64,000 nt of DNA from Minisyncoccia bacterium (GTDB lineage Bacteria > Patescibacteriota > Minisyncoccia > Phycocordibacterales > UBA918): assembly GCA_046293175.1 (NCBI GenBank), contig JBKBPM010000002.1, positions 158,428 to 222,427 of the forward strand. Reading direction: 5' to 3'. Under the pieces are notes generated by a model. It saw only the letters and a list, made by a program, of their open reading frames with translations, was not told the DNA's origin and ran no database searches. Positions 48,077 through 57,387 of this stretch are shown one piece after another. Numbering within the stretch: the first letter of the stretch is position 1; every line of letters starts with the position of its first letter. The translations under genes and the position numbers were made by a program.

Positions 48077-48622
48077 ATGGCCAAACAACATTCAACCGGT
48101 GAACGTCGTTGGTATGCTATCCATACCTATTCTGGTTACGAAAATGCGGTAGCCCGTAACCTTCGCCAGCGTATTGATTCACTCAACATGCAGGAGAAGA
48201 TTTTTGATGTGGTTGTCCCGTCAGAGAAGAAGATTCGGGTCAAAGGAGGTAAGCGTGTCACTGAAGAAGAGAATCTTTTCCCCGGGTATGTCTTGGTGGA
48301 AATGATTGTAGACGACGAATCATGGTACGTCGTGCGTAATACGCCTCGGGTTACCGGCTTTGTTGGTTCAGGCACCCAACCGGTACCACTCTCAGAGGCT
48401 GAATATCGCGCGCTCGTGCGTCAAATGTCTGATGACACGCCAACCCACAAGGTTGATCTCTCAGTTGGTGACATGGTTATTATTGCCGATGGTCCATTTA
48501 AGGATCTTGAAGGTAAGGTAGGGGAGGTAGATGAGAAGTCAGGTAAGGTGAAGGTACTTGTGGCGATGTTTGGGCGGGAGACTCCCGTGGAACTCGACTT
48601 CCTCCAGATTAAAAAAGTATAA
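48077..48622 (+). CDS. nusG: Transcription factor NusG
   Basis: WYAIHTYSGYE, FPGYVLVEM, VRNTPRVTGFVG, MFGRETPVEL. Confidence 0.97.
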   Translation: MAKQHSTGERRWYAIHTYSGYENAVARNLRQRIDSLNMQEKIFDVVVPSEKKIRVKGGKRVTEEENLFPGYVLVEMIVDDESWYVVRNTPRVTGFVGSGTQPVPLSEAEYRALVRQMSDDTPTHKVDLSVGDMVIIADGPFKDLEGKVGEVDEKSGKVKVLVAMFGRETPVELDFLQIKKV

Positions 48623-48724
48623 ACGGGCAAATAGCTTTGTCGGTACGAAGTTTTTCTCAGTCATCGTACAAGAAGTACGCCTTCTTCCAAAAATTTCTAG
48701 CCTCCTCGCTCTTTATCCCGTTTC
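48621..48724 (-). repeat. Palindromic REP/MITE-like element, copy 1
   Basis: Imperfect terminal IRs AAACGGG/CCCGTTT; core GGCGTACTTCTTGTACG on the minus strand. Confidence 0.6.
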
Positions 48725-48900
48725 TACATTTTTAGAAGTCTAAGCAAGACAATAAAGACGCCGGCCTATAGGCCGGCGTCTTTAGATGGTTGCAAAATAG
48801 CCGTTTTCTTGTATACTGCGTGAGCTTCTAAAAGCTAGACGCTCGTGGCTATGGAAAACACGGCGGGTAGCGCACACGTTAATTATTTCAATCACACACC

Positions 48901-49329
48901 ATGGCAAAGAAACTTGTAAAGAAAATCAAGGTTCAGGCAGTGGGCGGTAAGGCAACTCCCGCTCCACCACTTGGACCAGTACTCGGTCAGGCCGGTATCA
49001 ATATCGGTGAATTCGTTAACCAGTTCAACGAACAAACTCGTGCCGAACGCATGGGCGAAGTGGTCCCGGTAGAACTCTCAGTCTTTGATGACCGTTCGTT
49101 CACGTTCATCCTCAAGACCTCACCGGCTTCACGTCTTATCCTCAAGAAGATGGGCAAGGAGAAGGGTTCACAGAAGCCAGGTACCCAGAGTGGTGGTACT
49201 ATCACCAAGGCGCAGATTCGCGAGATCGCCGAAATCAAGGCTGTTGACCTCACTGCCGCTTCAGTTGAAGCAGCGATGCGCAGTATCGAAGGTACTGCAC
49301 GATCAATGGGTGTAAAGGTCGTAGATTAA
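48901..49329 (+). CDS. rplK: 50S ribosomal protein L11
   Basis: GKATPAPPLGPVLGQAGINIGEF, DRSFTF, GTARSMG. Confidence 0.97.
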   Translation: MAKKLVKKIKVQAVGGKATPAPPLGPVLGQAGINIGEFVNQFNEQTRAERMGEVVPVELSVFDDRSFTFILKTSPASRLILKKMGKEKGSQKPGTQSGGTITKAQIREIAEIKAVDLTAASVEAAMRSIEGTARSMGVKVVD

Positions 49330-49527
49330 TCCACATCTTATACTCTAAACAAAATGCACCCACCAGGGTGCTTTTTGTTTACGGGTCTGAGATTACGGTT
49401 GACGCACTCATGCTGTTGTCCTCTTATGTACCCATTATCTTGGTCTCTGTAAGAAATAGGGAAGTGAGGCGTCAAAGGGTTTGGAGCCCCAATAATGGGG
49501 TGAGTTCAATAATACAATGGGGCAGAG

Positions 49528-49932
49528 ATGCTTGACCAACTATTAACTATCAAGAGGCCCGAACTTGTTATCGTGGTCCACGATCCAGTCCCAGGCGAGT
49601 CACCCTTTTCTAGACCTTCGCCGCGGATTGTCTCGACTATGGTTGCAAAGCAACCTTCAATCTGGGGTGTTGCCAAACGTGTGCAGATGTTACTTGTCCC
49701 ACCGAATGACCGTGTAACCAATTCGTTCACTGTCCACGAGTCTCGGCGCGTTGAAGTGAATGGTGTCGACCGATTCTACTTCATGGTTAGCGGTCATAAC
49801 TTTAGCTTTGGCAAACGACTTCGGAGGCAGTTCTTCCAACCAGGTTCAGCGGCCGCTATGTTTGGTCCGGTTGATGGTCCGGTCGTCGAAGAGATGATTC
49901 AAAAGTTCCTCGACGAACTAAAGCGGAAGTAA
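49528..49932 (+). CDS. Hypothetical protein
   Basis: 134-aa ORF; no recognised motif. Confidence 0.55.
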   Translation: MLDQLLTIKRPELVIVVHDPVPGESPFSRPSPRIVSTMVAKQPSIWGVAKRVQMLLVPPNDRVTNSFTVHESRRVEVNGVDRFYFMVSGHNFSFGKRLRRQFFQPGSAAAMFGPVDGPVVEEMIQKFLDELKRK

Positions 49933-50061
49933 GTCGCTAATACATCAGCCATGCTGACAATCCACCCGTCCAGTTCGTGTAACTGGGCGGTTTTTGCATG
50001 TGATTGCGTTTGGGTTCATAGTTTGTTACCTTTGTCCCAGTTGTTGGACAAGGAGATCCAC

Positions 50062-50490
50062 ATGTTAGAAGTGTACGTTGGTGCTGCTCTTACCGGAGCT
50101 CCGCCTGAATTCGTCAATAACTTCCTGCCGGCACTTAAGGCAGGAATTCGCCAGATGGATATCCATGTGTTCGACTTCATCGGTCTGGAGGGAGAAACGG
50201 CACTCAAGGTCTATATTCATGACCGGAACTGCACCGAGCTGGCCGATGTCTGTGTTTTTTTGGTTGGTGAACCATCGACTGGCCTCGGCATGGAAATCAT
50301 GCTGCGGGAGGGGACAGGGAAACCTGCTCTGTTCTTTGCACAGGAGAACGCTCGTGTGACCCGCATGCTTCTCGGTTTTCTCGAGGTGCGCGGGCAGAAA
50401 CTCCACCGCTACAACACTGCCGAAGACATTTGTCATGTGCTGCGGGAGCATGTCCTCGCTCGGGATCCGAACTACTGGTCGCGCGGCTAG
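50062..50490 (+). CDS. Nucleoside 2-deoxyribosyltransferase/DNPH1-like protein
   Basis: VYVGAAL, D...ADV, PSTGLGMEI; AAGGAG SD. Confidence 0.7.
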   Translation: MLEVYVGAALTGAPPEFVNNFLPALKAGIRQMDIHVFDFIGLEGETALKVYIHDRNCTELADVCVFLVGEPSTGLGMEIMLREGTGKPALFFAQENARVTRMLLGFLEVRGQKLHRYNTAEDICHVLREHVLARDPNYWSRG

Positions 50491-50570
50491 GGGCAGAGCT
50501 GAATCAAAGAAAGGGCGCGGGAGACTGCGCCTTTTTCTTATCTCATATCACTGCTATACTACTAACCAAT

Positions 50571-51674
50571 ATGGAATTGTCGCGACAGGGAGCCTTGCCC
50601 GCCCAACAGCTACAACAGCTTATGGACAGTGGTTTTATAAAAGGAGCAGACACCACTCATGTGTCACCAGCTTCACTTGATCTCACCGTCAGTGATGAGG
50701 TGTATGAAATTGAAGGGCTCCTCTTACCAAAAAGTGGGGAGACCATTAAGAGTCTCTTGCCACTTATGGATGCAAGGCGTATTGATTATAGTAATCCCTG
50801 TCGAGCGAAGAAACTTTACCTCGCTCGCCTCAATGAATCCCTCGAGCTTCCATCTGCTATCTATGGGTACTGCAATCCGAAATCATCAACCGGAAGACTT
50901 GATGTCCATGTACGGGTGCTCGCTGATGGGGTACCACGCTTTGATTCAGTGACTCCAAAGGGTTTTGTAGGTGAGTTATGGGTGGCGATTATCCCGCAGT
51001 CTTTTTCTGTCCAACTTCATGTGGGAACGCCGCTGACCCAGCTCCGCCTTTTTACCGCTGATACCCGCTTTTCAGAACTTGATTTAGAAATTGCCATGAA
51101 AGAAGGTTTGGTCTATAGTCGTGAATCTGGTGAAAAACTTTCGTATAGTGAATTGGTAACTAACGATCAAGATGGGGCAGTGGTACTCACCGCTTTAGTC
51201 GAAGAAGGGCTTTGTGGCTATGAGTGTATAGCGATCCCTGACCAAATTATTGACGTGGCACAAGTGGGTGGCTATGAAGCAGCCGAGTTTTTTAAACCGC
51301 TAACCATTGACCGCGGGGCACTGCGTCTTAAGCGCGACCGCTTTTACATACTCTCGGGTGCTGAAGCCGTACGGATTCCACCAGGATTAGCCTCTGAGAT
51401 GGTGCCAATGGATGAACGCAGTGGTGATTTTCGCTCCCACTATGCCGGTTTCCTTGACCCTGGATGGGGCTACGGACAGGACGGTGCTGGGAAGGGGCGC
51501 CCGTTTACGCTTGAGGTCCGACCGTTTGAGGATTTAGTAGTGAGACCAGGTCAACCAATCGCGAAGATTCGTTTTGAGCGAATGGCTGAGGTGCCCACCT
51601 TTCATTACGACACAAAACAATCAAACTACCTCATCCAGTTTGGTCCAAAACTTGGAAAGCAATTTAAGAGCTAA
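50571..51674 (+). CDS. dcd: dCTP deaminase (long, two-domain type)
   Basis: PASLDL, NPKSSTGRLDV, FRSHYAGFLDPGWG, LEVR. Confidence 0.88.
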   Translation: MELSRQGALPAQQLQQLMDSGFIKGADTTHVSPASLDLTVSDEVYEIEGLLLPKSGETIKSLLPLMDARRIDYSNPCRAKKLYLARLNESLELPSAIYGYCNPKSSTGRLDVHVRVLADGVPRFDSVTPKGFVGELWVAIIPQSFSVQLHVGTPLTQLRLFTADTRFSELDLEIAMKEGLVYSRESGEKLSYSELVTNDQDGAVVLTALVEEGLCGYECIAIPDQIIDVAQVGGYEAAEFFKPLTIDRGALRLKRDRFYILSGAEAVRIPPGLASEMVPMDERSGDFRSHYAGFLDPGWGYGQDGAGKGRPFTLEVRPFEDLVVRPGQPIAKIRFERMAEVPTFHYDTKQSNYLIQFGPKLGKQFKS

Positions 51675-51714
51675 ACAAAAACCCCGCGACAATGTCGCGG
51701 GTTTTTTTGTTTAG

Positions 51715-53076
51715 CTAGTCCTTTTTTACGATATCGTGCTCACCACGTTTGATATTGAAGCGCCCTGGTTCAGGGTCAAGATGGAGTATAAGGCCACTGT
51801 CACCATAAGCATCTTCAAGCATGTGGGCCATCTCAGCCGCTCTTGCGGCGAGGGTGGGGTGGACGACACTCGTAGCCCGGAGTTCAACGAGATACACCAG
51901 AGCCGGTAGGTCACCGGTGAGGTAATTACTGATGTTGTTGCCCATGGCGTGGTAGTACTGAGCGATATACGCATCATTGGTCAAGGCTTCAATAGCAGCT
52001 TTTTGATTAGCAATAAGCGCTTCTGCTTCGCTGCGCAGGGTTGGGGTGAGTTCATCAAGATACCACTCATGGAAACCGATTTCAGTGGTGAGGAGTGGCA
52101 TGCGCTGTGTCACTGCGCGGTGGCGCTGGATGTCACGGAAGGAACCAAAGTCGAGCGTAAAAGCAAAAGCTACTTCACCAGTTGTACCGAGCCACTTTGG
52201 CAACTCAGTTTTGGCCGGGCGGTTTTTAAGCAGAGACTCGTACGGAATCAGTTCAGTGCGATCAATGCCATCACGCACCAGAGCGAGAGATGGAGTTTCT
52301 GGATCGTGATAGTAATAGTGTGCCATGGTCTCGGCCACATATGCCTCCGTTGCTTCATAGCGCTTCTTTTCGCGACTAAATGAGTTGGGATAGGCAGCAA
52401 TCATGCCGTCTTCGAGCTTCTGCGCAATATCACGTACTTCTGGCAGTGGATGGTGGCGGAGAATAACAATCCGATCTGCAAATTGACGAAGGGTACCACT
52501 CCACGCGAGGTTCGTTGAAGCACCAGCCGGGAGGAAGCCACGACAGATATCAAAAGCTCTAGCGGCAATAGCCTTATCGTATACGGCTTCCTTCTCACCG
52601 TCGCCAAGTGGGTACCGCTCTTTGAGAGCGTCTTTCATCTCGGCGACAGCTTTGAGATAAAAGGCCCGCCAGTTTTCGAGAATGCTTGTACCGGCGTCTG
52701 AAGCAATTGGGTTAATAAACGGTTGATGAGCAAAATCTATATAACGAGTTGATGCCTCCTGGCCGTTGTAGAGCTTGTAGTCCTGAATCGCTTTAGCGGC
52801 GAGCATTGATACTCCTTCAATAAAAACGACCGCAAAACCGCAGTCACCAATTGATTTATGGCCGTAGCCGACATAGTACGTCGACATGAATTTGTCTGCG
52901 CCTTTTTCGGCAAGTACAGTGAGGTGTTCAGCGACACCACCAACCGAGCGAGAGTGGAGCGCTTGGAGCATTGCGAGCGCTTCAGCGGTGAGAGTGGCGC
53001 CTGGATCAATAATAACAATATGACCACCGTCTTTAAGTAATTCTTTTTGATGATTAAGGGATTCAATTGATTGCAT
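51715..53076 (-). CDS. thyX: FAD-dependent thymidylate synthase (tandem-domain ThyX-like)
   Basis: YGHKSIGD, QEASTRY, RGFLP, FRDIQRHR...QR, ELR. Confidence 0.82.
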   Translation of the reverse strand: MQSIESLNHQKELLKDGGHIVIIDPGATLTAEALAMLQALHSRSVGGVAEHLTVLAEKGADKFMSTYYVGYGHKSIGDCGFAVVFIEGVSMLAAKAIQDYKLYNGQEASTRYIDFAHQPFINPIASDAGTSILENWRAFYLKAVAEMKDALKERYPLGDGEKEAVYDKAIAARAFDICRGFLPAGASTNLAWSGTLRQFADRIVILRHHPLPEVRDIAQKLEDGMIAAYPNSFSREKKRYEATEAYVAETMAHYYYHDPETPSLALVRDGIDRTELIPYESLLKNRPAKTELPKWLGTTGEVAFAFTLDFGSFRDIQRHRAVTQRMPLLTTEIGFHEWYLDELTPTLRSEAEALIANQKAAIEALTNDAYIAQYYHAMGNNISNYLTGDLPALVYLVELRATSVVHPTLAARAAEMAHMLEDAYGDSGLILHLDPEPGRFNIKRGEHDIVKKD

Positions 53077-53230
53077 ATATCTCTATTGTACGCTTTTTCT
53101 AGGGCAACAATTAAACGATTCTCGGTTTTGACAGGGGACAGTCACTTTGACTAGATTGACCGTTGAGCAAAGCTGTTTTTGAGTGCCTCGAATATTTGGC
53201 TTGAAACCGTGGTATTAGGTAAAATAGCGT

Positions 53231-53926
53231 ATGCCTGGAACTTTAATTGTCCTTGATGGTGCTGATGGCGCTGGCAAGGCTACTCAAACTCGTTTACTCG
53301 TTGATCGCTTAAATGCTGAAGGGTATGTCGTTCATACTCTCGATTTCCCGCAATACACCCAGAATCATTTTGGTCGTCTCCTCCGTGAATGTCTCGATGG
53401 TAAGCGCGGTGATTTTATTGGCCTTGATGCCCGGTTGGCCTCAACGATTTTTGCTGCCGACCGTTTTGAATCAGCGCCGATTATTCGAGAATGGCTTGAA
53501 AGTGGGGCAGTGGTAATTCTCGACCGGTATGTGAGCTCAAATATGCTGCATCAAGGTGCCAAGATTTATGATGCCGAAGAACTATCAAACTTTTTAACCT
53601 GGCTTGATCATATGGAACATGGTGTCTTTGGCATTCCTCGTCCCGACACTATCGTGTATCTTGATGTGCCATTTGATGTTCGAAAAAAGCTCAAAGCTGA
53701 AGCGGTGGCAGCTGGAAAACATGGGGTAGAAGTAAAACTCGATCAAGCCGAAGCTAACGACCAGCATCAGCAAGATGCTGAGGAGAATGCTAAACGTTTA
53801 GTGGCGCTTCATAATGAATGGCGGACGGTAGTTTGTGTAGATGGTGATACACTTTTATCTCGTGAAGCTATCCATGAGCAAGTCTACGAAACCGTAAAGC
53901 CAATCTTGCCGCCACGTTACGAGTAG
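53231..53926 (+). CDS. tmk: Thymidylate kinase
   Basis: DGADGAGKATQ, FPQY, FAADR, LDRYVSSN. Confidence 0.9.
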   Translation: MPGTLIVLDGADGAGKATQTRLLVDRLNAEGYVVHTLDFPQYTQNHFGRLLRECLDGKRGDFIGLDARLASTIFAADRFESAPIIREWLESGAVVILDRYVSSNMLHQGAKIYDAEELSNFLTWLDHMEHGVFGIPRPDTIVYLDVPFDVRKKLKAEAVAAGKHGVEVKLDQAEANDQHQQDAEENAKRLVALHNEWRTVVCVDGDTLLSREAIHEQVYETVKPILPPRYE

Positions 53927-53929
53927 GGT

Positions 53930-54352
53930 ATGGAACTCAAAGTCAAAAAGCTACACCCCGATGCCAAGCTACCGAGCTATGCGCACGCGAGTGATGCGGG
54001 GATGGATTTGTATACGGTTGAGTATTTTGTTATCGAACCAGGAGCGCATGTGATTGCAAAGACCGGTATCGCCCTTGTTATACCAGATGGGTATGCCGCC
54101 CTTGTATGGGACAAAGGTGGTATTGCGAACAAACGTCACCTCAAAACCGTGGGCGGCGTGTTTGATACTGATTATCGGGGGGAGTATCTCATCGGCCTCT
54201 ACAATTTTGGGACGGAAGCACAGGCTTTTAAGGCAGGTGATAAGATTGCGCAGCTCATTATACAACGAGTTGAACACCCGACTCTCATTGAGGTGACTGA
54301 ACTCGATGCAACACCCCGTGGGGAAGGCCGATTTGGTAGTACTGGAGAGTAG
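53930..54352 (+). CDS. dut: dUTP diphosphatase
   Basis: DAGMDL, GVFDTDYRGE, GDKIAQ, RGEGRFGSTG. Confidence 0.93.
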   Translation: MELKVKKLHPDAKLPSYAHASDAGMDLYTVEYFVIEPGAHVIAKTGIALVIPDGYAALVWDKGGIANKRHLKTVGGVFDTDYRGEYLIGLYNFGTEAQAFKAGDKIAQLIIQRVEHPTLIEVTELDATPRGEGRFGSTGE

Positions 54353-54361
54353 CGTACAATA

Positions 54362-55051
54362 ATGAAAACATTTATGGAAAAAGCAAAATTGATTGTCGTA
54401 GACGGTGGGGCAAATATTGGTAAGGCGACACAAGCCGACATGCTCATGAACCGGCTCATGAATGAAGGGTATACGGTTGGGAAGATGGATTTCCCGCGCT
54501 ACAACCAAAACACTATTGGCCACTTCATCAATGAGTTTATTGATAGTGATAGTCCATCTTTGGCGACCTTGCCACCCAAGTGTTTTGCGATTCTCTTTGC
54601 GGCTGACCGTTTTGAATCAAAAAAGCAGATTGAAGAATGGATAGCCGAAGGACGGGTGATTATCTTTGACCGGTACGTCAGCGCCTCGATGCTGCACCAG
54701 GGGAGTAAGATTACCGATATCGATGCGCGGGAGGAGTTCCTTCGTTGGGTAGAGCACGTGGAGTATGAAATATTTGGTATGCCGCGCCCCGACCTCACGG
54801 TCTATCTTGATGTACCACCAAATGAGAGTGATAAGCTTCTCGGTTATGTAGAAGAGCTTGGGGTGAAAGTCATAAACGATGAAAGTAAGGCAAAGATCGA
54901 CCAAGCCAAAGTTTCTGATTGCGCAAAGTACCTTGCTGCTATTAATCACAACTGGGTGACGGTACCGTGTATGGCTGATGGTAACCTCCGCAACCGTGAT
55001 GATATTCACGAAGAAGTGTATCAGGCGGTCAAAAGTAAGGTGTTGATTTAA
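54362..55051 (+). CDS. tmk: Second thymidylate kinase paralog with divergent P-loop
   Basis: DGGANIGKATQ, FPRY, FAADR, FDRYVSAS. Confidence 0.8.
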   Translation: MKTFMEKAKLIVVDGGANIGKATQADMLMNRLMNEGYTVGKMDFPRYNQNTIGHFINEFIDSDSPSLATLPPKCFAILFAADRFESKKQIEEWIAEGRVIIFDRYVSASMLHQGSKITDIDAREEFLRWVEHVEYEIFGMPRPDLTVYLDVPPNESDKLLGYVEELGVKVINDESKAKIDQAKVSDCAKYLAAINHNWVTVPCMADGNLRNRDDIHEEVYQAVKSKVLI

Positions 55052-55174
55052 GAGTCTAGTCAAAAAAGCCTGCAGACAAGGAACGAGAGCGAGTAAATGT
55101 GAAGCGTATTAGATATACGATGAACTTTTACGAGCGAGCAGTGACGTCGTATCCAGGTTTTTTGGACGGACTCT
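55051..55174 (+). repeat. Palindromic REP/MITE-like element, copy 2
   Basis: Terminal IRs AGAGTC..GTCAAAAAAGCCTG / CAGGTTTTTTGGACGGACTCT; core GCGTATTAGATATACG; fills the gap between two stop codons. Confidence 0.7.
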
Positions 55175-55544
55175 AGTACATGGCGGTGCGAGCCCGGTTT
55201 ACTATCTCCTTTACATCATGACTTGCTTTTACGATGTAGTCTTCTGGCTTGAGTGATACCGCCTCATAGACATTTTCTGGAGCGCTGTAGTTTGTAAGGT
55301 AGATGACCTTGGCGGTTCGTCCCCAAGCATCTTCACGGATTTTTTTCATCGCTTCATATCCATCCATATTTGGCATATCAATATCCATGAGAATGAGTGA
55401 CGGGTGATATTCAAGCGCAAGAGCAATCGCCTCAGTATTGTCTTTGGCGATTAACACATTGATACCGGCCTCACTAAACGCAAAGCGGTACATTTCGCTC
55501 AGTACCATATCATCATCAACGAGTAAAATAGTTTTTTGGTCCAT
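55173..55544 (-). CDS. Single-domain response regulator receiver
   Basis: ILLVDDD, LMDIDMPNMDG, LTN, YIVK. Confidence 0.9.
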   Translation of the reverse strand: MDQKTILLVDDDMVLSEMYRFAFSEAGINVLIAKDNTEAIALALEYHPSLILMDIDMPNMDGYEAMKKIREDAWGRTAKVIYLTNYSAPENVYEAVSLKPEDYIVKASHDVKEIVNRARTAMY

Positions 55545-55704
55545 ATTGACAGTATATCACCTGCGTAGGCTAGTGGGTAGCAAATCGTTTTCTTTAGCTT
55601 CACTGCCAAAAATCTTGTATACTACAGCTACTAAATATCCGCCCTATGATCTAAGTACCTGCGACATTGATGAGAGGAATTATCTAAAGCTAATTTACTA
55701 TCGT

Positions 55705-56973
55705 ATGGAACACTATTCATTCATCAAAGCGCAGGATCCAGAATTGTATACCGCTCTTGTTGGCGAAGAGGCCCGCGAAGCGCGCGGGGTAGAGCTTATC
55801 CCAAGTGAGAACTACGTCTCACGAGCGGTACTTGAGGCCAATGGTTCTGTGTTTACCAATAAGTACTCTGAGGGGTATCCCGGCAAGCGGTACTACGGCG
55901 GACAAGAGTATACTGATATTGCGGAGACGCTCGCTATCGAGCGGGCCAAAGAACTTTTTAAGGCCAAATATGCTAATGTGCAGCCACTTGGGGGTGCAGC
56001 AGCGAACGTCGCGATGTACTTTGCTTTGATGGAGCCAGGTGATACCGTCCTTGGTATGGATCTCAGTCATGGGGGACACCTCACCCATGGACATCCCACT
56101 ACTGCCATAAACAAAGTCTTCAACTTTGTCCGCTATAAGATGAAAGATGTTGAGACGGGAGAAATCGATTACGAGGAATTACGTCGTGTCGCCCTCGAAT
56201 ATAAACCAAGGGTTATCCTGGCTGGCTTCTCTGCGTATAGTCGTGAGCTTGATTATCAAAAGTTTGTTGATATCGCCAAAGAAGTTGGTGCGTACACCGT
56301 CGCAGATATGGCTCATATTGCTGGACTGATTGCCGGTGGGGTAGCGAAGAATCCGTTTGACTTCGGTTTTGATGTGATTACCACCACTACCCACAAGACA
56401 CTTCGTGGTCCACGTGGGGGAATGATTCTTGTTCGTGATGATGAAGAGATTGCGAAGAAAATCAATAAGGCAGTTTTCCCCGGTATGCAAGGTGGTCCAC
56501 ATATGCACATTATTGCAGCGAAGGCGGTCGCTTTTGGAGAGGCGCTCACACCAGCCTTTAAGGTCTATGCGGCCCAGATTCTCAAAAATGCCAAAGCAAT
56601 GGAAGCGGTCTTTAAGGCTGAAGGTGTACGTCTGCTCTGTGGCGGAACAGATAACCATCTCCTCGTGGCTGATGTCTTTGGAAGTCTTGGGGTCACTGGT
56701 CAGGAGGCCGAGACGGTGCTTGATGAGGTCGGTATCACCCTTAATAAGAATATGATTGCCGACGATACTCGTACGGCGATGGATCCGTCTGGTATTCGCT
56801 TTGGTACCCCAGCGATGACTACTCGAGGCATGAAAGAAGGGGAAGCGACCAAGCTCGCCGAAATCATGATTACTGCCATGCGCGCGAAGTCCGATGCTAG
56901 GAAGAAAGCCGAACTCCAGAAAGAGGTGCAAGCGCTTTGTGAGGCGTTCCCCGTCCCAGAGAAAATGGTTTAA
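55705..56973 (+). CDS. glyA: Serine hydroxymethyltransferase
   Basis: LIPSENY, NKYSEGYPGKRYYGG, GGHLTHG, TTTHKTLRGPRGG. Confidence 0.97.
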   Translation: MEHYSFIKAQDPELYTALVGEEAREARGVELIPSENYVSRAVLEANGSVFTNKYSEGYPGKRYYGGQEYTDIAETLAIERAKELFKAKYANVQPLGGAAANVAMYFALMEPGDTVLGMDLSHGGHLTHGHPTTAINKVFNFVRYKMKDVETGEIDYEELRRVALEYKPRVILAGFSAYSRELDYQKFVDIAKEVGAYTVADMAHIAGLIAGGVAKNPFDFGFDVITTTTHKTLRGPRGGMILVRDDEEIAKKINKAVFPGMQGGPHMHIIAAKAVAFGEALTPAFKVYAAQILKNAKAMEAVFKAEGVRLLCGGTDNHLLVADVFGSLGVTGQEAETVLDEVGITLNKNMIADDTRTAMDPSGIRFGTPAMTTRGMKEGEATKLAEIMITAMRAKSDARKKAELQKEVQALCEAFPVPEKMV

Positions 56974-57387
56974 ATCGCGTTTTCTAAACCCACATACTTT
57001 GTCGTGTTTCATTCGTTAATATTCACCGTATAACAAATACGTCTCACATCCCCCTCAATCACACTCCTCGTCTCTGGGGTCATAAAACCCGATTTATCAT
57101 GACTGCATTTAGTGTTGAATCTCAAAACCACCGGCCTAAAGGGCCGGTGGTTGCTTTTTTGTTTCTGATGTGTCATAATCATGTTGAGGCACGGGACCGG
57201 AACCCCGTAACTCTCTTCACTGTCCCTCGTTCCGCGACTGGGCGCCTGAGAGCAATCTTGGGCGCCATTTTTTATTTAGCCCGTTAGAAGTTTCCATATA
57301 GCGTTTTTTAGCGTTTTTTATAGTAACGATGACACTTCATTAAAAATTGAAGAAATTCTAACGGGCTCTATCTGCTACAATACCTCT

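Noticed and set aside
55620-55704. ZTP or THF riboswitch upstream of glyA
   Set aside because: No recognisable consensus; the 511-aa ORF-track start at 55438 overlaps the opposite-strand gene and is not the likely start.
56179-57012. 277-aa minus-strand ORF and similar long antisense ORFs (47183..47755, 61228..61920)
   Set aside because: Shadow frames of well-supported genes on the opposite strand.
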